A stretch of 32,000 nt of DNA from Planctopirus limnophila DSM 3776 (GTDB taxonomy: Bacteria; Planctomycetota; Planctomycetia; Planctomycetales; Planctomycetaceae): contig NC_014148.1 of NCBI RefSeq assembly GCF_000092105.1, forward strand, positions 3,210,001-3,242,000, given 5' to 3'. Each line of letters opens with the position of its first letter. The first letter of the stretch is position 1. Both the position numbers and the translations under genes were made by a program. Of this stretch, positions 26,635 through 32,000 are shown piece after piece. The notes under the pieces were generated by a model, which saw only the letters and a program-made list of their open reading frames with translations, had not been told where the DNA came from and ran no database searches.

Positions 26635-27216
26635 ATGGTCGAGACAATTCGCAAGCCCCCTTTGTCACTCGAGGCGAGTTTATCGACGCTGATTGTCTGC
26701 GATCTGCAAACCAGATTGTTACCAGTCATTCATCAATCGGAACGAATCGTTCGTCGGGTCGAAGTTCTGGTACAGGCCGCTGCCAGCTGGCCCATCCCCA
26801 TCATCGCCACGGAGCAGTACCCGGAAAAGCTGGGCTCAACCATCGAAAGCCTGCAAAGCTCATGCACTCAAGTGCTTCCCAAGTTCGAATTCAGTGGCTG
26901 GTCGGCCCTCAATTGGAAGCCTGCTCACGATTCGGCGGTGGAACGAACCCAAATCGTCTTGTGCGGGATTGAATCGCATATCTGCATTCTCCAGACAGCA
27001 CTCGACCTGCTGGCCCAGGGCTATCAGGTCTTTGTCCCTTACGATGCCACCGGCAGCTATCGCCCCGAAGATGTCCAGTGGGCACTTCAGCGAATGATGC
27101 AGGCGGGTGCCACCATCGTTTCGACCGAATCTGTTCTGTTCGAATGGTGCCAGTCTTCGAAGGCACCACAGTTCAAGACGATCAGCCAGCTCATTAAATC
27201 GACACGAGGTGACTGA
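26635..27216 (+). CDS. Isochorismatase-family (cysteine hydrolase fold) protein
   Basis: 193 aa. LIVCDLQ (Asp of the triad region), IIATEQYPEKLG, and IVLCGIESHICILQTALDLLAQGYQVFVPYDATGS (conserved Cys-containing strand-helix). Confidence 0.7.
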   Translation: MVETIRKPPLSLEASLSTLIVCDLQTRLLPVIHQSERIVRRVEVLVQAAASWPIPIIATEQYPEKLGSTIESLQSSCTQVLPKFEFSGWSALNWKPAHDSAVERTQIVLCGIESHICILQTALDLLAQGYQVFVPYDATGSYRPEDVQWALQRMMQAGATIVSTESVLFEWCQSSKAPQFKTISQLIKSTRGD

Positions 27217-28445
27217 TGGCTCCCTTCTGGAATTTCTGGAAGAAAGATCCCGTCGCGAGCATCGGTGGCACAGCGGCTGGTGCGACGAAATCAGATCGAC
27301 CACCCGTCGATTTTCCCACTCCAGTCCTCTGGCTGTTGGGAAAAACCGGCAGTGGGAAAACCTCGATTATCCGCTATCTTACGGAATCAACCACTGCCGA
27401 GATCGGGAATGGCTTCAGGCCGCAAACAAAGTGCACGAATCGATATGACTTTCCATCTGTCGAGAAGCCCCTGCTGACCTTTCTGGATACACGCGGATTG
27501 GGTGAAGCTGGTTACGACCACGAGCCCGATGTGGCTTCGCTGGCAACACAGGCCCATCTCATTCTGCTCGTTGTGCGGGCCATGGATCATGCACAAGCCG
27601 AAATGGTCGCCCTGCTACAGCAGATTCGTAAGCAATCGTCACAAATCCCCATCCTGCTCGTACTGACTCATCTGCATGAGGCTTATCCGGGACAGGATCA
27701 TCCGGCAGAAATGCTGGCAGCCGAGAAGTCGAACATCACCCCACAGATGCCTCCCTGGCCATCAGCACTGGCGCGATCGATCGAGCAGCAACTGATGACC
27801 TTCGGCCAGTTCATCCATGGGCACGCGACCATTGATTTCACACAACCCGAAGACGGCTTTACGAACCCATTTCTGGGGGCTCAAGAACTGACCCGCGATA
27901 TCTGCTCGCTTTTGCCCGATGCCGCCATGGTACAACTCTCGCAACTGCAGCAGTTTCAGCGTGCTCAGGCCGGATTGCCCGCCAATCTCACCACCCGGCT
28001 GCAGCGCACACTCTGGATTTACAGCAGTGCTGCAGCAGTGGCTGGTGCCATTCCCGCCCCGTGGTTTGATCTTCCTGTTGTGGTGGGATTACAAGCAGCA
28101 CTGGCCTGGCAGATCTCGAATGAATATCGCTATCAATATTCGGGTTCGCGGATTGCACAACTGGTTTCGGCAGTCTCCGGCCAGATGATTGCCCGTCAGG
28201 GTCTGCGCGAGCTCCTCAAGATCATTCCTTATGTCGGCTCTGTCACGTCGTCGGCGCTGGCATTTGCCACAACTTACGGGCTCGGCCAGACCATCATCTG
28301 GGCCATTGAGCGCGAACGATCAGGCCAGTTTCCATCCACTCAGGAATTTCGTGAGCACCTCAAAAATCAGGCCAGCCTGGCAGGAGAAATCTGGAGGAAA
28401 AGATCTCCTCCTGAGAATTCATCGTCGGATAGGATGCCCGGCTAA
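27216..28445 (+). CDS. P-loop NTPase (GTPase-like) fused to a C-terminal DUF697-type membrane-associated domain
   Basis: 409 aa. Its start codon overlaps the upstream stop (TGATG at 27213..27218). Walker A/G1 GKTGSGKTS at 27339..27365, and G3 DTRGLG. The expected NKxD (G4) position reads LTHLHE, with THLH at 27666..27677. The C-terminus IYSSAAAVAGAIPAPWFDLPVVVGLQAALAWQI...IIPYVGSVTSSALAFATTYGLG resembles DUF697. Confidence 0.7.
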   Translation: MAPFWNFWKKDPVASIGGTAAGATKSDRPPVDFPTPVLWLLGKTGSGKTSIIRYLTESTTAEIGNGFRPQTKCTNRYDFPSVEKPLLTFLDTRGLGEAGYDHEPDVASLATQAHLILLVVRAMDHAQAEMVALLQQIRKQSSQIPILLVLTHLHEAYPGQDHPAEMLAAEKSNITPQMPPWPSALARSIEQQLMTFGQFIHGHATIDFTQPEDGFTNPFLGAQELTRDICSLLPDAAMVQLSQLQQFQRAQAGLPANLTTRLQRTLWIYSSAAAVAGAIPAPWFDLPVVVGLQAALAWQISNEYRYQYSGSRIAQLVSAVSGQMIARQGLRELLKIIPYVGSVTSSALAFATTYGLGQTIIWAIERERSGQFPSTQEFREHLKNQASLAGEIWRKRSPPENSSSDRMPG

Positions 28446-28493
28446 TTCGTCGCAAAATCCTGTTGAAAAGACCTTTTGCCCAACCCAGAAATC

Positions 28494-28558
28494 AATGGCG
28501 TGTACAGAGTCGATTCAGCATGCTTGCTCCGAGCCGTAAGCATGGCACTCATGCATAA
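28494..28558. repeat. Intergenic repeat family 1, copy B (intact hairpin)
   Basis: CCCAGAAATCAA...CATGCTTGC (28529..28537), loop TCCGAGCC, then GTAAGCATG (28546..28554, a 9-bp stem including one G-T pair), then GCAC. It is homologous to 16206..16258 plus 16636..16654. Confidence 0.7.
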
Positions 28559-28628
28559 ACTCCTGAACTCTCTCCATTTCCTTCGCACTCTTCGCGACTT
28601 CGCGCGAAACAAGCCTGCCAATCAATAG

Positions 28629-29636
28629 TTACAGCAGGCCGTCGGTCTCCGCATAGCCATACATCAGGTTGAAGTTCTGAATCGCCACTCCACTGGCCCC
28701 TTTAATGAGATTATCGAGGCAAGCCAGGATCACGACGCGATCCTTGACGATGCGAATCGTCATATCAAAAAAGTTGGTATAGGCCGAATCTTTGGTGGTC
28801 GGAATTCGATCAACCACCCGTACAAAAGGGCTGTTTTGATAAAACGCCCGGCAGACTTCCAGCAGTTCCTGTTGTGTCGCTTTGGCCTTTGGAACTGCAT
28901 AAATGGTGGCTTCGATCCCTCGATCCATCGGTGTCAGGTGAGGAGTGAAGATCACATCAACGTTGCGGCCGCTGGACTCCGAGAGGATCTGTTCAATCTC
29001 GGGTTGATGGCGATGATTACCCACCGAGTACGCACCGAAACTTTCGTTGCACTCCGCAAACAGAATGTTCTGTTTGGGTGTTCGCCCCGCACCAGAAACA
29101 CCGCTCTTGGCATCGATGATAATCCCCGTCGGCTCCACCAGCCCTTGTTGAATCAAGGGGGCTAATGCCAGGATCGATGTGCTGGTGTAACAACCCGGGT
29201 TGGCAATGAGATTGGTACCTCGAATGCGATCGCGATAAAGCTCTGGCAAACCATACACAGCCGAACTCAATCGACCCGCGTCGGTATGAGCATGCCCGTA
29301 CCATTTGGCATAAACTTCGGGATCTTTCAGGCGGTAATCCGCACTCAGGTCAATCACTTTTAACCCGACTTCGAGAAGGCCGGGAACAGCCTCCATACTG
29401 GCCACATGTGGCAGGCAGCAGAAGACGACATCGGCCCGCTCTTTGAGTTGTTGTGGTGAAAGATTCTCTAATGACAGATCAAATCGCCCCGCTAATGACG
29501 GGTGAATCTCGCGAATGGGGCTGGTTTCCGTGCGGCTGGTGATAGCCGTTACTTTCGCGCTCGAATGCCGGGCGAGAATCTTGAGCAGTTCCAGAGCGGT
29601 GTACCCTGTTCCACCAAGTATGGCGACGCGTGTCAT
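28629..29636 (-). CDS. argC: N-acetyl-gamma-glutamyl-phosphate reductase
   Basis: The ORF is open back to 29831, but the canonical N-terminus [21 protein letters not shown] (Rossmann GxxGxxG) begins at the ATG at 29636, giving 336 aa. The active-site motif is [13 protein letters not shown]. Confidence 0.92.
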   Translation of the reverse strand: MTRVAILGGTGYTALELLKILARHSSAKVTAITSRTETSPIREIHPSLAGRFDLSLENLSPQQLKERADVVFCCLPHVASMEAVPGLLEVGLKVIDLSADYRLKDPEVYAKWYGHAHTDAGRLSSAVYGLPELYRDRIRGTNLIANPGCYTSTSILALAPLIQQGLVEPTGIIIDAKSGVSGAGRTPKQNILFAECNESFGAYSVGNHRHQPEIEQILSESSGRNVDVIFTPHLTPMDRGIEATIYAVPKAKATQQELLEVCRAFYQNSPFVRVVDRIPTTKDSAYTNFFDMTIRIVKDRVVILACLDNLIKGASGVAIQNFNLMYGYAETDGLL

Positions 29637-30024
29637 GTGCCTGCTTTCCCTGATACTTACTGGCCCGAAGAAGTATCGATAAGCCTCGAAAACTGGCCCA
29701 TCGACATCGACCTTGTCATCTACTGAACAAAACGACCCGCCCTGCATTTTCAGCGGGCAGAAATTCTGTTTAGCCAGAGTTTGACGAGAAAAGAGCCAGC
29801 CGAACAGCCACCACAGTCGGTGAAGCTGCACATTTCATCAACACTCTTTGCCGCAGTAGAAATTTGACGCCAGCCACCCACAACCGTACCATCAAAGAAT
29901 GTCGATAAGTTCTGTAGAGATCCTGCCAAGTTCAAGTGACAACCCGCCTGCATGGGCTTACGCCCGCTGAATGGCCTTCCCCAGACTGGTCAACGCCAGA
30001 CACCTTCCGCCAAGTCGAGAGGAT

Positions 30025-32000
30025 ATGATGCCCCACACCTCCAAGTTCTGGTTTTTGAAGAACCTCACCGTCTGTGTGGTGCTCCTCGGCTGTCCCTGGA
30101 TGAATTCCTCTGTCTCTGGTGAGGAAGACCCGCATCAGGCAGCGAAAGTTCGTGGACAGGCTCTCTTTGCCCAGAAGTGTGCCAGTTGCCACGGTGCGGC
30201 TGGCCAAGGAGGAACCGATAGCTACAAGACGCCATTGATCGGTGATGCCTCAATTGTCGAGTTGACCCGCATCATCGATGCCACCATGCCCGAAGGTGAG
30301 CCCGAACAACTCGACAAAGCTCAATCCGAAGATGTGGCTCGATACATCTACGACGCCTTCTATTCTCCCGATGCCCAGATTCGAAATTCCCCCTCCCGCA
30401 TCGAACTTTCCCGCCTTACGGTCAGGCAATACCAGCAGGCAGTGACCGATTTGCTCGGCAGTTTTCGTGGAGGCTACGAGAACACCAACGAGTTCGGCTT
30501 GAAAGCGACCTATTTTGATGGGCGTCGCTTCCGTAAAGAAGACAAAAAGCTCGAACGGATTGATCCAGTCGTGCAGTTTGATTTTGGTGAAGGGAAGCCA
30601 CTGCCAGATGTCGAAATGGCCAGCGATGAATTCTCGATTCACTGGACGGGCTCACTCATTGCGCCGGAAACTGGCGAATACGAAATCATCATCAAGACTG
30701 CCAATGGTGTGGAATTCTGGCTCAATGATGAATCAAAAATTCTCATCGATGGCCGAGTTCGCTCAGGGAACGATGTCGAATGGCGCGAGCGAATCAACCT
30801 GCTCGGTGGCCGCAGGTATCGACTGCGCCTGCAGATGTTCAAATCGAAAAATGCCAAAGAAAAGACCGCTGCGATTGCCCTGTGGTGGCGACCACCCCAC
30901 AAAACGGAAGAGCTGATCCCTACGCGTTATCTGCTCCCTGCCTGGACACCCGAAGTCTTTATTGTCAACACCCCCTTCCCGCCCGATGATCGCAGTGCCG
31001 GCTACGAGCGAGGCAACAGCATCTCGAAAGAATGGGAACAATCGACGACCGATGCCGCCATTGAAACGGCAGCTTACGTCGCAAAGAAACTCAAAGACCT
31101 GGCGGGTTACGGCCGCGATGCAAATCCGGAAGAGAAGAAGCGAAAAGTTCGCGAGTTCTGCATTCGCTTTGTCGAACGAGCCCACCGCAGGCCACTTTCG
31201 GACGACGAAAAGACCCACATGGTCGATCGCTGGCTCGATGCCACCGAAGACCTCGAAACAGCCGTGCAACGCATTGTGCTGCTGACACTCAAATCGCCGC
31301 GATTTCTGTATCGTGAGATCGTCGGTTCGCCCAATGACCCCTGGAATGTCGCCTCGCGACTCTCGTTCACGCTCTGCGACACCATTCCCGATCAGCAGTT
31401 GCGAGATGCGGCTGCTAAAAATGAACTGCAAAAGCCTGATCAGCTTCAGCGACAGGCGGAACGCCTGGTTCGAACAGATGCGGGCAAAGCCAAGCTGAAG
31501 ACCTTTCTATTGAACTGGGTGCGTGTTGAGCATTTGCACGATATTGCTAAAGATTCCCAGCAATATCCCGAGTTTACACCAGCGATTGTCAGCGATTTGC
31601 GAACGTCACTCGAACTGTTTGTTGATGAAGTTCTGCAGAGTAATGAAGCGAGCCTCAAGCAGCTTCTTCTCGAAGATCACATCTGGATGAATGGTCGCCT
31701 CGCGAAATTTTATGGAGCCGACCTACCTGAGAATGCAGATTTCCAGAAAGTGCGTATCGATAATGGCCAGCGGGCCGGCGTGCTGACTCATCCCTTCCTG
31801 ATGGCGGGCTTTGCTTATACTTCGACGACATCTCCGATTCACCGCGGCGTGTTTGTCACTCGCAGTGTGCTGGGCCGCTCACTCAAGATGCCGCCGATTG
31901 CTGTTTCTCCCGAGCCAGCCGATTTGCATCCCAATCTTTCAACGCGTGAACGTGTCGATTTACAGACTAAAGCCGAGATGTGCCGCACCTGCCACAACCT
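30025..32000 (+). CDS. Planctomycete cytochrome-c domain / DUF1587-DUF1592-DUF1595-DUF1588-DUF1585-type protein with an inserted PA14-like domain (partial, runs off the right edge)
   Basis: Own translation from ATGATG at 30025, with GAGAGGA just upstream: MMPHTSKFWFLKNLTVCVVLLGC... Haem-binding CASCH lies at 30178..30192. The PA14-like segment GLKATYFDGRRF...FSIHWTGSLIAPETGEYEIIIKTANGVEFWLND...RLRLQMFKS...ALWWRPPH lies at 30496..30900. Later elements are LKSPRFLYR, GVLTHPFLMAGFAYTSTTSPIHRGVFV (DUF1588-like) and CRTCHN at the very edge. Confidence 0.85.
   Translation, partial: MMPHTSKFWFLKNLTVCVVLLGCPWMNSSVSGEEDPHQAAKVRGQALFAQKCASCHGAAGQGGTDSYKTPLIGDASIVELTRIIDATMPEGEPEQLDKAQSEDVARYIYDAFYSPDAQIRNSPSRIELSRLTVRQYQQAVTDLLGSFRGGYENTNEFGLKATYFDGRRFRKEDKKLERIDPVVQFDFGEGKPLPDVEMASDEFSIHWTGSLIAPETGEYEIIIKTANGVEFWLNDESKILIDGRVRSGNDVEWRERINLLGGRRYRLRLQMFKSKNAKEKTAAIALWWRPPHKTEELIPTRYLLPAWTPEVFIVNTPFPPDDRSAGYERGNSISKEWEQSTTDAAIETAAYVAKKLKDLAGYGRDANPEEKKRKVREFCIRFVERAHRRPLSDDEKTHMVDRWLDATEDLETAVQRIVLLTLKSPRFLYREIVGSPNDPWNVASRLSFTLCDTIPDQQLRDAAAKNELQKPDQLQRQAERLVRTDAGKAKLKTFLLNWVRVEHLHDIAKDSQQYPEFTPAIVSDLRTSLELFVDEVLQSNEASLKQLLLEDHIWMNGRLAKFYGADLPENADFQKVRIDNGQRAGVLTHPFLMAGFAYTSTTSPIHRGVFVTRSVLGRSLKMPPIAVSPEPADLHPNLSTRERVDLQTKAEMCRTCHN

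Noticed and set aside
28629-29831. A 400-aa version of argC with a 65-aa N-terminal extension.
   Set aside because: The extension ([14 protein letters not shown]...) has no counterpart in ArgC. The canonical Rossmann N-terminus [12 protein letters not shown] starts at the ATG at 29636. The frame merely stays open upstream.

Overview
This 32-kb chromosomal segment is most consistent with a Planctomycetota genome of the Planctomycetaceae type; that assignment is an inference. It rests on three lineage hallmarks: a DUF1559 / H-X9-DG pseudopilin-like gene with a GFTLIE prepilin motif, a DUF1573 protein, and a cytochrome-c/DUF1592/DUF1588-type giant protein. I support 22 protein-coding genes, two of them truncated by the window edges. 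Most are core or housekeeping genes: metH, argC, dps, comEC, an M16 peptidase pair, an M19 dipeptidase, a GT4 glycosyltransferase, an MFS transporter and a YhaM-like HD/OB nuclease. I see no rRNA, tRNA, CRISPR array, transposase, integrase or recognisable defence or toxin genes, and no convincing novel multi-gene system. The points worth a second look are modest:
- A tightly coupled four-gene cluster: inactive M16, active M16, isochorismatase-like hydrolase, and a P-loop NTPase-DUF697 protein with a degenerate G4 motif.
- Two families of repeated intergenic hairpin elements. One copy has its arms split by a 377-bp segment bracketed by a 7-bp direct repeat.
- A four-segment alternative-pairing structure in a convergent intergenic region.
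- An unusually long (about 1 kb) ORF-free region upstream of the DUF1559 cassette.
- A membrane-anchored protein combining a transglutaminase-like Cys-His-Asp core with a C-terminal discoidin domain.
- A short PSP1/RicT-like protein with a Gly/Cys tail.
All functional calls come from reading motifs in the supplied translations or my own translation of edge and small ORFs. No database search was possible.
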